In this document: positions 49,589-60,577 of the stretch, piece after piece
How positions within the stretch are numbered: the first letter of the stretch is position 1
How the letters are laid out: every line of letters starts with the position of its first letter
Position numbers and translations under genes: made by a program
Notes under the pieces: model-generated
The model's database searches: none
What the model was told of the DNA's origin: nothing
Seen by the model: only the letters and a program-made list of their open reading frames with translations
Origin: Waterburya sp.
Lineage (GTDB): Bacteria > Cyanobacteriota > Cyanobacteriia > Cyanobacteriales > Xenococcaceae
NCBI GenBank assembly: GCA_965217895.1
Contig: CBDCJV010000002.1
Location: forward strand, 2,464,001-2,528,000
Direction of reading: 5' to 3'
DNA: 64,000 nt

Positions 49589-52500
49589 TTAATCGATCTG
49601 ATTCAAAGCCTGCTCAAAAATATTGACATAACAATCTGCGTAGTTAGACATTAAATATTGGCTAAATACAGTTTTCTTGGCTGTTTCTGCTAATAGCTGC
49701 AATTTATCTCGATTACCTATACATTTAGATATTGCCTGATGCCAAGATTCTGGAGTATTCTCACTAAGAATGCCATTTAGTCCATCTGTAACAACCTCTT
49801 TATAGGGAGTACAGTTGCTATAGATTGCAGATAAGCCGACGGCAGAATATTGGAGAAACTTTAGAGGACTTTTGTATTGGTTAAACTCATTGGCTACTAA
49901 AGGAGCGATCGCTAAATCACAGGACTCAGCAATTTGACGAAACCACGGTATAAACTGTTGATAGGACTCGTATCCTTTAGGTATAGAAAGACGAGTGTAC
50001 CAATCGGGAGCATTTTCGGCTACTTCAGATTCACCACCAACCATTAGCAGTCTGACATTATGGTTTTCTCTATATAGTCTTTCAAACACAGGCTCGATCA
50101 TTGCCAAGTCTTCTCCATGTGAAGAATTGCCCATATAAAGTATTTTGAAAGTTCCTTTAGCAATGTCTAGTAACTGTTGAGGCAATTGGCTGACTTCAAT
50201 CGGCTTAAGCCAAGCAGATTCAGCTATTACATTAGGGATAACTGTAACCTGAGTGTTAAACTGACGCATCTCTCTTGCTAAAGGCTCGGTACTAACAACC
50301 ACTTGGGTTGCTGCGGTGACTAAGGTTTTGATTGTGGGGGCAGTTCGAGCATATACCCCCTTACGATCCTTGTCTGGAGGAACATTTAAGAGGTTGTCAT
50401 CAATTTCATAAACTATGGGTAAATTACGCTCACGGCAAATATCAATCAAGGGCTGAACCTTATCGGGTTGAATAATGTTGCGCTGGATTAAGATTACATC
50501 AAGCTCAAATATCTGATGTACATCATTAATAAAGGCATCGATATCTAGGAATTGCGTGTCCAGGCGATCGCAGATTAGAGGATGCTGTAGCCATTCTAAG
50601 ACTCGAATATGAGCCGTAGGCGGTAGCTGGGAATTAACAAATACTCCTACCCTCAGATAATTTTTAGTCTGCTGCGGTAACTCGAAGGGGCGAGATTGGG
50701 CGATTACCTGTTGATAAAGCTGATGATATTGAGCCGCCATCGTCGCAATATTGTTTTGTCTGGCATAGGTTAACTGCCACTGATTGAGGTAAGACATTTT
50801 TTCGCTATAGCCCTCTGTATCATCAGCAATTACTAATAGCCTGTCATAAATTACCTGAGGATCGACCTCATCAATTAACCAGCCACAACCATGACGGGCA
50901 ATTCGTTCGCCGACAGCACCTTTATTAATTGCCACTACAGGAACACCACTTGCCCAAGACTCGGTTAGGGTATGACAATAAGTTTCTGGCCAAATTGAGA
51001 AAATACCTACACAGTGGGGTTTAATTTTCTGCATCCACCGATCAAAATCAGCACGGGTATAAGTGCCGTGAAGCTTACCTATCGGCTTAAGGAAGTGTCT
51101 GGTATTGCCAAGAAAATGAAATTCCAAACGATTATCTACGTCTAGCTTTTTGATGGCGACGATTAACTCTGCTCCTTTAGATGAGCTTATATTACCTGGA
51201 AAAAGAACCTTCAAGGGTTTATTCGGCTTCGGTGGACTAAAAACAATTGGCTTAGTTTGGAGATGGGGAAAGTCCCTACCGTGAGGAATAACTTTAAAAT
51301 TAGCCTGTTCTAGTTGAGGATAAATTTTAGTCATCATTTCTCTAGCCGAGGGCGCGGTAGTTACAAAAGCATCAATGTATTGAAACATCTTTGCCATATT
51401 ATGCTGCCAAGTCTTAATAAAATTATGCTTCAGGTTCACTAAGCGATATTCTGACCAAATCGGCGTAGGACAACGCCCATCGGTGGCTGTACACTCTCCA
51501 CCACAAAAGGTTAGATTTTCATCCAAGAGATTTACCGTAGGGCAAATAGTATAAAAATCATGGATAGACAGAATAGTAGGGATATCAAGCCTGCTGGTCA
51601 AACTCGCTAGAGAAATACTGTGCCAGGCTATATGACGAATATGTACCAGTTCAATTCCGTAGCGGATTAAAAGATCGCCAACGATGTTGTCGTATTCTTT
51701 AGAAGTATGGGCGGTAGGATTGATCGGCGAACTTAGCTTAATTTCTTCTAAGAGAAGATGCTCTTTTGGACGAGCATCGTAGAAGCTAATTTCTTTAGCG
51801 TTGCAAATCAATAACATTGGCTGATAGCGATCGCCCAAACCAGTCATCAAGTCCTGATTAGTCTGGGGTGTGCCGCCTGTTTTGGTTGAAATGACAAATA
51901 GTACACGGGGGCGGGGGTTTGGTAATTTAGGAGAGTTTTCTAGTAGTTTTCTAATTCGATAGCGCATCATGTCCATTTGCGGAGAATGGACAAAATGAGT
52001 TACCAGTGCTTTATATTCAGGGTAGCGTTTGTCCACTACTTCTCTACCTGGTTTGTAAAGAGCCGTTTTCTCTCCTTGAAAGCTAGCCGAACGCACATGA
52101 TAAACCAGGGTGCGGTCATCGACAATATGTCGCCATCCCGCCCGCAGCGATCGCATACAAAAGTCATTTTCTTCACCGTAGCCTCTGGGAAAAGCCTCTT
52201 CATCAAATAAGCCAATATCATCTAGCAATTGACGACGAATATAGATGCAGAAGCCACTACCTGTTGGAGTTTCGGGATAGATTTGAGGACTATGTTGATT
52301 AATCGTTCTCGCTATCTCGACTGGCTGTAACCAGACAGGAAAATCATTTGCCTGACCCATTGTCGGTACCGAAAAAGCACCAGAATTATCCGAGATTGCC
52401 GTTACCGTCCCAATATCCTGTTCACGATAAGCAGCAATTCTGATGTTCTGCAACCAACGAGGCCCGACTGAAGTATCGCTGTTGAGCAGGATAATATCAT

Positions 52501-54682
52501 CCCCTGAAGCAAGATTAATACCTTTATTGATGGTTTTTGTATAGCCTAAATTTTGCTCATTAGTAATTAGCTGCACGTTAGGTCGATTAGCTACCGCCTT
52601 CTCTAGCATTGGCCCAACGCGATCGTCAGGACTAGCATCATTGATGATAATCAGCTTTGCATCTCTAGAAGTTTGTTGAAACACTGAGCTTAAACATTGC
52701 TGTACCGCATCGTAAGCATTGTAAACAGGAATTAAGATCGTTACTTGCTGAACATTTGGCTGGGGTTGGCTATGGAGTTGAGAGAATTGACCAAACTGAC
52801 TAGATAGCTTATCTGAGTCATAGGTAATGGTGGCTGGGCTTCTTTTAAGGTTTTGCCTCGTGCCTTTGAAGAAAATTTCCACCTCATATTTTGTTTCTGT
52901 TCCAGGAGGAGTTGGCAAAGCAATTTCAAAGCCGTTTTCGCCCTTGGCACTAATGCGGTGCTTAATTAAATCTCGGCGTAAAATATTTGCTTTGACTTCT
53001 TTATAAAAGGTGCCGTCGATATGGACATCTAGCATGGCAGCTACATCAACATGATTATCGGGCAATACCCATCCTTGCAAACAATTGCCATTCCACTTAT
53101 CAATTACGCCAAAACCTCGGCGAGGGATGATCGTCGAAAAAGAAATTGGCGTCAGGTTTTCTTGAGTTTTGCTGATTGGAATTAAAGAAATAGAGTGTTC
53201 TTGGTCATCAAGCAAATCTATGGATAGCTGCACCTCAAACTTTCTGATAGTAATCGGCAGCAATCGATCGCTGCGATCGAGAAAAAATTGCGTAGTTTCG
53301 ACTACAGCAATCTGCTTCTGGTCAATAATTACCTTGAGGTTAACTGAGGGATCTACCTTGTTAGAAACAATCAACCACCCTTGCAGGATTCCTCCTAAGG
53401 CAACTTCGCAAGCTTGATGAGATAAGCTATTTAATTCGTCATAGCACTGTCTAAAAGCACTGTCTAATTCCAACGCCTGTAAATAAGCACTAGCTGCTTC
53501 TTCAATTCGATTGAGCTTAGATAATCTTCTTCCTCTTAAAAAATGACCTCTGGCGGAATTTAAATCATACTCTCTTTTCTCTTTTTTACTGTGGAGCAAA
53601 AAATGCCGAATAGCTTGATACTTATTACCTTTGTAGTTTTGGTTTACATCAGGATTTAGATATAGATAGTTTTCTGGTTTAAAATTTTGGGGTAAGTTCG
53701 CTATTTTGTCAGCAAATCTTTGATAAAAATCTGATTCGTTACAGCACAGACTTCTCTTTTGTTTATTTTCTTGCCAATGTTGATATGCTGCTTCAGGCTC
53801 AAGACTTCCAATTTCATTTTGGTAATATCCAGAGTAAAACTGCCAATTAAAATCTTTTTGCAGCAATAATTCTTTTAGCTTATTACGACACGGCTGTAGG
53901 GTACTATCTAGCTGTAATGCTCGGCAATAAGCAGCGATCGCCTCGTCTACCAGATTGAGCTTAACCAGCTTTTCCCCTCTTATAAAATGACCTTTAGCAG
54001 AATTTAAACCGTATTCTCTTTGTTCAGCTTGACCGTAAAGTAGAAAATGCCTAGTAGCACGATACTTGTTATTACTATATTTTTTAGCTAGGTTAGGATT
54101 TAAATATAAATAATTCTCTGGCTCAAAGTCTTGAGGTAAATCAGATAATTTATCTTCATATCTTTGATAAAAATCAGCTTCATTGCGACAAAAATCTTTA
54201 TGCTTACCCACTGTTAACCAGTGCTGAAAAGCACTTTCAGGGCTAAAATCTCCTATTTCGTCTTGATGATATTCACAGTAAAATTTCCAGTCTAATCCTT
54301 GCTGAGTTAAGATTTTTTCTAATTTACTTCTACACGGATCGAAAGTATTATCCAATTTTAATGCCTGGCAATAAGCATCAACTGCATCCTCTTTCTCTCC
54401 TAATTCTTCAGAAGCAAGTCCAAGATAGTAATACGCTTTTGCTACACCCGCTTCATAAGCAAGAGAACTTTGAAGATATTCCTTGGCTAATTGCCACTGA
54501 TCTTGTTCGAGTAAAGCGTTACCAAGCTTTAGATAAGTATCGGCAGATTCAGGAACTAATTCAATCGCCTGTAAATAGTATTCTACTGACTTGACCAAAT
54601 CACCTTGTTGATAAAAATTATCTCCTTCTTGAATACAGTTATGGAAGCGTAAATCAGAATCTGCAAACATTAATTTTGCCAT
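49589..54682 (-). CDS. Giant TPR + GT2 + two GT-B glycosyltransferase (1697 aa)
   Basis: TPRs; GT2 (IPVYNA, NDAS, LLNSDT, GYGEENDFC); GT4-like (PHG, WPETYCHTLTE); third GT-B module (YEIDD, DLAIAPL, KSPLKFLQY). Confidence 0.9.
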   Translation of the reverse strand: MAKLMFADSDLRFHNCIQEGDNFYQQGDLVKSVEYYLQAIELVPESADTYLKLGNALLEQDQWQLAKEYLQSSLAYEAGVAKAYYYLGLASEELGEKEDAVDAYCQALKLDNTFDPCRSKLEKILTQQGLDWKFYCEYHQDEIGDFSPESAFQHWLTVGKHKDFCRNEADFYQRYEDKLSDLPQDFEPENYLYLNPNLAKKYSNNKYRATRHFLLYGQAEQREYGLNSAKGHFIRGEKLVKLNLVDEAIAAYCRALQLDSTLQPCRNKLKELLLQKDFNWQFYSGYYQNEIGSLEPEAAYQHWQENKQKRSLCCNESDFYQRFADKIANLPQNFKPENYLYLNPDVNQNYKGNKYQAIRHFLLHSKKEKREYDLNSARGHFLRGRRLSKLNRIEEAASAYLQALELDSAFRQCYDELNSLSHQACEVALGGILQGWLIVSNKVDPSVNLKVIIDQKQIAVVETTQFFLDRSDRLLPITIRKFEVQLSIDLLDDQEHSISLIPISKTQENLTPISFSTIIPRRGFGVIDKWNGNCLQGWVLPDNHVDVAAMLDVHIDGTFYKEVKANILRRDLIKHRISAKGENGFEIALPTPPGTETKYEVEIFFKGTRQNLKRSPATITYDSDKLSSQFGQFSQLHSQPQPNVQQVTILIPVYNAYDAVQQCLSSVFQQTSRDAKLIIINDASPDDRVGPMLEKAVANRPNVQLITNEQNLGYTKTINKGINLASGDDIILLNSDTSVGPRWLQNIRIAAYREQDIGTVTAISDNSGAFSVPTMGQANDFPVWLQPVEIARTINQHSPQIYPETPTGSGFCIYIRRQLLDDIGLFDEEAFPRGYGEENDFCMRSLRAGWRHIVDDRTLVYHVRSASFQGEKTALYKPGREVVDKRYPEYKALVTHFVHSPQMDMMRYRIRKLLENSPKLPNPRPRVLFVISTKTGGTPQTNQDLMTGLGDRYQPMLLICNAKEISFYDARPKEHLLLEEIKLSSPINPTAHTSKEYDNIVGDLLIRYGIELVHIRHIAWHSISLASLTSRLDIPTILSIHDFYTICPTVNLLDENLTFCGGECTATDGRCPTPIWSEYRLVNLKHNFIKTWQHNMAKMFQYIDAFVTTAPSAREMMTKIYPQLEQANFKVIPHGRDFPHLQTKPIVFSPPKPNKPLKVLFPGNISSSKGAELIVAIKKLDVDNRLEFHFLGNTRHFLKPIGKLHGTYTRADFDRWMQKIKPHCVGIFSIWPETYCHTLTESWASGVPVVAINKGAVGERIARHGCGWLIDEVDPQVIYDRLLVIADDTEGYSEKMSYLNQWQLTYARQNNIATMAAQYHQLYQQVIAQSRPFELPQQTKNYLRVGVFVNSQLPPTAHIRVLEWLQHPLICDRLDTQFLDIDAFINDVHQIFELDVILIQRNIIQPDKVQPLIDICRERNLPIVYEIDDNLLNVPPDKDRKGVYARTAPTIKTLVTAATQVVVSTEPLAREMRQFNTQVTVIPNVIAESAWLKPIEVSQLPQQLLDIAKGTFKILYMGNSSHGEDLAMIEPVFERLYRENHNVRLLMVGGESEVAENAPDWYTRLSIPKGYESYQQFIPWFRQIAESCDLAIAPLVANEFNQYKSPLKFLQYSAVGLSAIYSNCTPYKEVVTDGLNGILSENTPESWHQAISKCIGNRDKLQLLAETAKKTVFSQYLMSNYADCYVNIFEQALNQID

Positions 54683-55291
54683 TTTAGATTTTTGAATTTT
54701 AAAGTTTTATCTTAATTACTTAGGCTTTGAATACAATCTTTAAACTCTCAGTAAAAATAACATGATATTTTTACAAATCGGTTCAGTAAAATTACTGAAG
54801 TTAATCTTTCTTTGGCAAATATTTACCAAAGCTTTTAAAGCTTAGTTGTCAAAGCAAAAAAAGCAGTTTGTTCATGGGTAACTCAGTAATTCTACTTAAG
54901 CTCTTTTGTTTAAAGACGATCTTTTTATCAATGTATTTACTCATATCAAAATGTTTTAAGCAATGCTATCTTGATTTGCAACTATGGTTTTTAAAAATAT
55001 GTGGTATTTTTGTAATTTTAACAGTTAAGAGATTCTTTAAAGAAGATTGATAAAATATCTAATTTTTAACTGTGGTCTTAAAGTATAGCTTTTAAAAACT
55101 TATCAAAGACGTATTTATTTAATTGCTTAAGCTAAAATAGACAGGCGATCGCCAGCCTGAATTGTTGATAACAACTATTTTATAGCTACGAAACTTTGGG
55201 TTTAGTCAAACAAAAGCCAAAGATGCTTTTACTAGTAAATAACTAACGTTTAAAATTGTCATCTAATTCTCTGTAATTACTACCAAAAGAT

Positions 55292-58200
55292 ATGAATAGC
55301 TCAACTGAAACTGAACCAAACCTATCGGAACAGATTGATTATTTACATACTCAAGCAGTAAAAAAACATAAGCAAGGTGAATTGGCTTCAGCAGTAGATT
55401 TCTATTTACAGTCTATCAAGGTAGATCAAAAGCAGCCACCATGGATTTATGGAAATGCAATTACTCTACTTAATCAGTTGGGAAAAGTAAATGAGGCATT
55501 AGAAGTTGGTAAAATAGCCTTAAAAGTTGATGCCAATAGTGACGAAATATTGCGTGCTTTAGGTAGCGTCTATAAAAGTAATGGAAACTCCCTTAATAGT
55601 ATAAGATTTTACCGACAGGCAATTGAAAAAAATCATAGCCAACCAATCTGGGTATATGAACATTTAATCGAGAGTTTGATTCAACAAAACGATTTGTCAC
55701 AAGCACTTGAATATGGAACGCTAGGTACTCAAATTAATCCTGAATCCTGTTGGTTAAAATATCATTTAGGAAATATTTTTTTCGAGCAAGAAAGATGGTC
55801 AAAAGCCTGTGAACTATATATCCAAATACTAGAAGTTGAGCCAGATTTTCTGAATGTAGCCGATAAACTAAATGAAGCTACAGGGTATCAGGCAAACAAA
55901 GTATTAAACCTAGATGCTCAAGTAGCAAACGCTACGGTAGAAAAAAAGCCTGAGTATAATTTAGAAGATTTAGAAAGCACTATTACTAACTCAGGCAGTA
56001 GCTTTGTAGCTGAAATTACTCAAGTAGGCTTAGGTGGATTTATTCAAGGTTGGGCAATAGATAACTATAATCCTGAAGCAGCTTTAGAAATCAAGCTGGT
56101 TGTGGATGGACAACCGATTGGCGTAGTCAAAGCCGAGCCAAAAATTGTGGTAACAACTAAGCAAGATCTTAGAGGAATACCCAGAGAATTTGAATTTTCT
56201 ATTCCTGCCACTTTATTAGACGATAGGAAACATCAATTTGAATTAATCTATCTTAGAGATAAGCAATCAACTACTGCTCATTTGACAGTTCCTCGCCGTG
56301 GTGTAGGGCGTATTACTGGGTGTCAAAATAACTGTATATCGGGATGGGCTTTAGCTGACGGTCACTTTGGTTCTTCAGCCAACCTAGATGTATATATTGA
56401 TAATATTTTTTATACAGAAATCCAGGCCAACAAATCTCAAGCGGACTTACTAAAATATGGTTTGGGTAATGGCAAGAATGGATTTGAAATTCTTTTGCCA
56501 TTTCTACCAGAAGCAAAACCTTATCAAATAGATGTATTTTTTCAAGGGACTAAAACCCATTTACAAAAAAGCCCCCTTTATCTAGAAAACAAAAACTCTA
56601 GCATTCCTACTCAAGCTCATTTTTTAGCAGGTATTGATCGTGTAAGTACAGGAGGAATACTAAACGCTTGGGCAATTGATAGCGTCAATCTTGATAGCCA
56701 ACTTAAAATTAAAATTTATGCTGATGGTAGTCCTATTGGTGTAGTTAAAACTACTCAAGACTATCCAGAGTCTATGTCTGTTCATGGACTTTGCCCCAAA
56801 ACACCTAAAAAACTGCAAATACAGCTACCATATACGTTACTAGACAATCGAGAACATCAGTTTGAATTATTTTTGCTAGACGAAAAGCACAATGAAACGC
56901 AGTCAATCAAATCAAGAATTGTAGTTCCTCGTCTTAGCACTGGTCGTATTGACAACTGGAGTGATAATTGCGTTACAGGTTGGGCAATACCAGAAGGACA
57001 CTTTGGTGCTGCTGCAATGTTAGATGTTTATATTGATGGAACTTTTTATCGAGAAATAAAGGCTAATACCCCTAGAAAAGATTTACTTAAATATAGCTTG
57101 GGCAATGGCAATAATGGATTTGAATTTGCTTTACCTTTGCCACCAGAAAACAAACAAGCCTATAAAATAGATATATTTTTCCAGGGAACGTCACAAAAGC
57201 TGCAAAAAAGCCCAATAAATATTAGCTTTGCCCCTGATGTCACTTTAGATAAGCAGCAAAAAGGTCAATTTTCTCTTCTTTATCGAGGTAAAAATCTTCT
57301 GCATCGTCATTTAACAATTGTCATTCCCGTATTTAATGCCTATGAAGAACTGTGTTTATGCCTCAAGTCGGTATTTAAATACACTTCTATTAAAGTCAAG
57401 CTGGTAATTATAAATGACTGTAGTACAGATCGAAGAATCCCTGAACTTTTAGTTTGGGCAGGTAGCCATCCTCATGTTACCGTCATGTCTAACGAAGAAA
57501 ACATTGGCTACACCAGAACTATTAATCGGGGCATAAACTTTGCCGAAGATGACGATATTGTTTTGCTAAATAGTGATACGGTGGTTGGTCCGCACTGGCT
57601 ACAAAATTTAAGTTCGGCGGTTTATCATCAACCAGATATTGCCACTGCAACCGCTATTTCTGATAACTCTGGAGCATTTTCTGTACCTGATGTGGGACGC
57701 GCCAACGACTTTCCCCTCTGGTTAACTAAAGAAGAAATGGTTCGCGCTATTAGCCAAAACAGTAAGATAATTTATCCTGAAACACCGACTGGAAGCGGAT
57801 TTTGTATTTATATTCGACGGGAGGTCTTTCAAGAAATTGGTATTTTTGATGAAATTAATTTTCCTAGAGGCTATGGGGAAGAAAATGATTTCTGTATGCG
57901 TGCAGTGCGTGCTGGCTGGAGAAACATAGTTGACGATCGCACCTTAGTATATCATGTGCGCTCGGCAAGCTTTCGTGATGAAAAAACTAATCTATACGAT
58001 ACGGGTCGCGGTGTAGTGGACGAACGTTATCCTGACTATCGAGGAAGAGTTAGCGTATTTGTTCATTCCCCTCAGATGAACGTCATGCGTTATGGAGTGA
58101 GGAAGCTAATTGAGGGAAAATGGTCAACTCCCGTCTATCAGCCTCGTCAAAGAGTTCTCTATGTTATTTCAACGCAGACTGGAGGCACACCTCAAACTAA

Positions 58201-60517
58201 TCAGGACTTGATGAACGGCTTGAGCGATCGCTATCATCCTTTGGTTTTGCGCTGTAGTGCTACAGAAATCTTTCTTTACGATACTAGGAATGAAGCAGAA
58301 GTTGCCCGTGAAACTGCCCAACTGCGATCGCCTATAACCTTAACGGCGCACCAATCTAGCGAATACGAGGACATCGTTGGTGATTGGTTAATTAAGTACA
58401 GTATCGAGATTCTGCACGTGCGTCATATAGCTTGGCATAGTCTTTCTTTGTGTCGTGTAGCTAAACGGCTAGGAATTACGGTAATCTTTTCTTTTCATGA
58501 TTTTTATGCTGTGTGTCCCACAGTTAACCTGCTGGATGAGAACCAGGTTTTTTGTGGTGGTAACTGCACAAATACCGCAGCCGACTGTGAAGTATCGTTA
58601 TGGAAAAAGCACAATCACGTACCTAAGTTAAAACACTCATTTATCAAAGCCTGGCGAGAAATGATTGCGGATATGCTGCCCTATGTAGATGCCTTTGTTA
58701 CCACTTCAGCTTCTACCAAAAAATTACTTGAGGATATTTATCCAGAATTAAAGCAGCGAGATTTTGCAGTTATTCCCCACGGTCGAGACTTTCACCAACT
58801 AACAACTAAAGGCAATACCTTTTCGGTTAGTTATCCTCTAGACAGTGAACCTCTACGTATTCTCTTTCCAGGTAATATTCAGTCTGCCAAAGGAGCAGAT
58901 TTAATCGCCCAAATCAAAAGCTTGGATCTTGAAAACAGGTTAGAGCTTCATTTTTTAGGAACTAAAGCTGATGTTTTAGATGCTCAGGTTGGTACTTATC
59001 ACGGTCGCTATCAGCGAGAAAATTTTAGCCAATTAGTTGGTCAAATTAAGCCTCATTATATTGGCATCTTTTCTATCTGGCCTGAAACCTATTGCCACAC
59101 CTTGACCGAATCTTGGGCGAGTGGCATACCCACAATTGCGATCGCCCTGGGGGCAGTTGAAGAACGAATTAAACAACATGGCGGTGGCTGGCTAATTGAA
59201 CCTAGTTTAAAAGCTGAATTAATCTATGCCAAACTGCTGGAGATAGCTGCTGATAGCGAAGCATATATGAGAAAAGTAGAAGAAGTCAATCGCTGGCAGC
59301 TAGCCTATGGACGACAAAACAGCATTGCCACCATGGCACAAAAATATCACCATCTTTATCAGCGCGTTTTGCAATCATCTCTACCATTTGTCGATCGCTC
59401 AGCAACTAAGTCGCAGTACCTGAGAGTCGGGGTTTTTGTTTATCGCAATGCCAACCAGGAATCAAATCCCTCTACTCATGTTCGAGTTTTAGAGTGGTTA
59501 AAATGTCATGCCGTAGCTCAAAAAATACACTTTCAGTTGATTGAGATTGATTCTTTTTTGTATGACAGCTTAAACACCTTAGAAATAGATCTGGTATTGG
59601 TACAGCGCAACATAATTAAGTCTTACCTTGCAGAGAGATTTATTCAGCAATGTCGAGAGCGCAACTTACCTATTATCTTAGAAATTGATGATGATCTAAT
59701 CAATGTCCCCGTAACAAAAGATCCTCTAGGGGTTTATGCTCAAACTGCGGTGGGCATCAAAGCGATCGCGATCGCAGCAACTACTGTAATAGTTAGTACC
59801 CCACCTTTAAAGGCAAAAATAAGCCAATACAATAGCAACATTGTAGTAATTCCTAACGTTATCCCTGAATACACTTGGTTCAAACCCGTAGAAGCAAAAG
59901 CTCTAAATCAGGCTGAAGGTGAAGAAGATGTTTCTCAAGAAATCAAAATTCTTTATATGGGTAATCCAACTCATGGAGAAGATTTGGCTTTGGTCAAACC
60001 AGTATTTGAACAGTTAGCAAAAGAAGGGTATCCTCTGAGGCTATACGTCATCGGTGGTGAAACCCCAGCCCCAAACAATGAATCAAGCTGGTATAAGCGA
60101 ATCGATATTCCTCCCCAGTGTCGTCACTATCCTCAGTTTGTAGACTGGTTTCGCAGTATTGCTAATAACTTTTGTTTGGCGATCGCACCTTTGGTAGAAA
60201 CAGAATTTAATCAGTGCAAAAGCCCGCTTAAGTTCCTTCAGTATGCTGCTATTGATTTACCGAGTATTTCTAGCAACTGTACCCCTTACAAAGAGGTAGT
60301 TGAATCTGGTGTTAATGGTATTTTAGTTGACAATGACGAAGACGCATGGCGTAATGCAATTATTCAATCTATCGACAATCTGGAAAAATTAAATAAAATT
60401 GCAGTCAATGCCAAAAAGTTAATTTTGGACAAATACTTAATGTCCCACTACGCTGAGTCTTATATCAACATTTTTCAAACTGCATTTAATCTAGCTTCAA
60501 CAAGTAAGTTAAAGTAA
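55292..60517 (+). CDS. Giant TPR + GT2 + two GT-B glycosyltransferase (1741 aa)
   Basis: Same three catalytic modules in the same order as 49589-54682, with a different N-terminal region. Confidence 0.9.
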   Translation: MNSSTETEPNLSEQIDYLHTQAVKKHKQGELASAVDFYLQSIKVDQKQPPWIYGNAITLLNQLGKVNEALEVGKIALKVDANSDEILRALGSVYKSNGNSLNSIRFYRQAIEKNHSQPIWVYEHLIESLIQQNDLSQALEYGTLGTQINPESCWLKYHLGNIFFEQERWSKACELYIQILEVEPDFLNVADKLNEATGYQANKVLNLDAQVANATVEKKPEYNLEDLESTITNSGSSFVAEITQVGLGGFIQGWAIDNYNPEAALEIKLVVDGQPIGVVKAEPKIVVTTKQDLRGIPREFEFSIPATLLDDRKHQFELIYLRDKQSTTAHLTVPRRGVGRITGCQNNCISGWALADGHFGSSANLDVYIDNIFYTEIQANKSQADLLKYGLGNGKNGFEILLPFLPEAKPYQIDVFFQGTKTHLQKSPLYLENKNSSIPTQAHFLAGIDRVSTGGILNAWAIDSVNLDSQLKIKIYADGSPIGVVKTTQDYPESMSVHGLCPKTPKKLQIQLPYTLLDNREHQFELFLLDEKHNETQSIKSRIVVPRLSTGRIDNWSDNCVTGWAIPEGHFGAAAMLDVYIDGTFYREIKANTPRKDLLKYSLGNGNNGFEFALPLPPENKQAYKIDIFFQGTSQKLQKSPINISFAPDVTLDKQQKGQFSLLYRGKNLLHRHLTIVIPVFNAYEELCLCLKSVFKYTSIKVKLVIINDCSTDRRIPELLVWAGSHPHVTVMSNEENIGYTRTINRGINFAEDDDIVLLNSDTVVGPHWLQNLSSAVYHQPDIATATAISDNSGAFSVPDVGRANDFPLWLTKEEMVRAISQNSKIIYPETPTGSGFCIYIRREVFQEIGIFDEINFPRGYGEENDFCMRAVRAGWRNIVDDRTLVYHVRSASFRDEKTNLYDTGRGVVDERYPDYRGRVSVFVHSPQMNVMRYGVRKLIEGKWSTPVYQPRQRVLYVISTQTGGTPQTNQDLMNGLSDRYHPLVLRCSATEIFLYDTRNEAEVARETAQLRSPITLTAHQSSEYEDIVGDWLIKYSIEILHVRHIAWHSLSLCRVAKRLGITVIFSFHDFYAVCPTVNLLDENQVFCGGNCTNTAADCEVSLWKKHNHVPKLKHSFIKAWREMIADMLPYVDAFVTTSASTKKLLEDIYPELKQRDFAVIPHGRDFHQLTTKGNTFSVSYPLDSEPLRILFPGNIQSAKGADLIAQIKSLDLENRLELHFLGTKADVLDAQVGTYHGRYQRENFSQLVGQIKPHYIGIFSIWPETYCHTLTESWASGIPTIAIALGAVEERIKQHGGGWLIEPSLKAELIYAKLLEIAADSEAYMRKVEEVNRWQLAYGRQNSIATMAQKYHHLYQRVLQSSLPFVDRSATKSQYLRVGVFVYRNANQESNPSTHVRVLEWLKCHAVAQKIHFQLIEIDSFLYDSLNTLEIDLVLVQRNIIKSYLAERFIQQCRERNLPIILEIDDDLINVPVTKDPLGVYAQTAVGIKAIAIAATTVIVSTPPLKAKISQYNSNIVVIPNVIPEYTWFKPVEAKALNQAEGEEDVSQEIKILYMGNPTHGEDLALVKPVFEQLAKEGYPLRLYVIGGETPAPNNESSWYKRIDIPPQCRHYPQFVDWFRSIANNFCLAIAPLVETEFNQCKSPLKFLQYAAIDLPSISSNCTPYKEVVESGVNGILVDNDEDAWRNAIIQSIDNLEKLNKIAVNAKKLILDKYLMSHYAESYINIFQTAFNLASTSKLK

Positions 60518-60577
60518 ATATGGCTCAATTAAATCCCTTAAATTACTAAAACTACACCCTAGCAATATCATCACTAT

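Noticed and set aside
54868..55050. 60-aa ORF in the divergent spacer
   Set aside because: Low-complexity AT-rich ORF with a TTG start; more likely promoter DNA.
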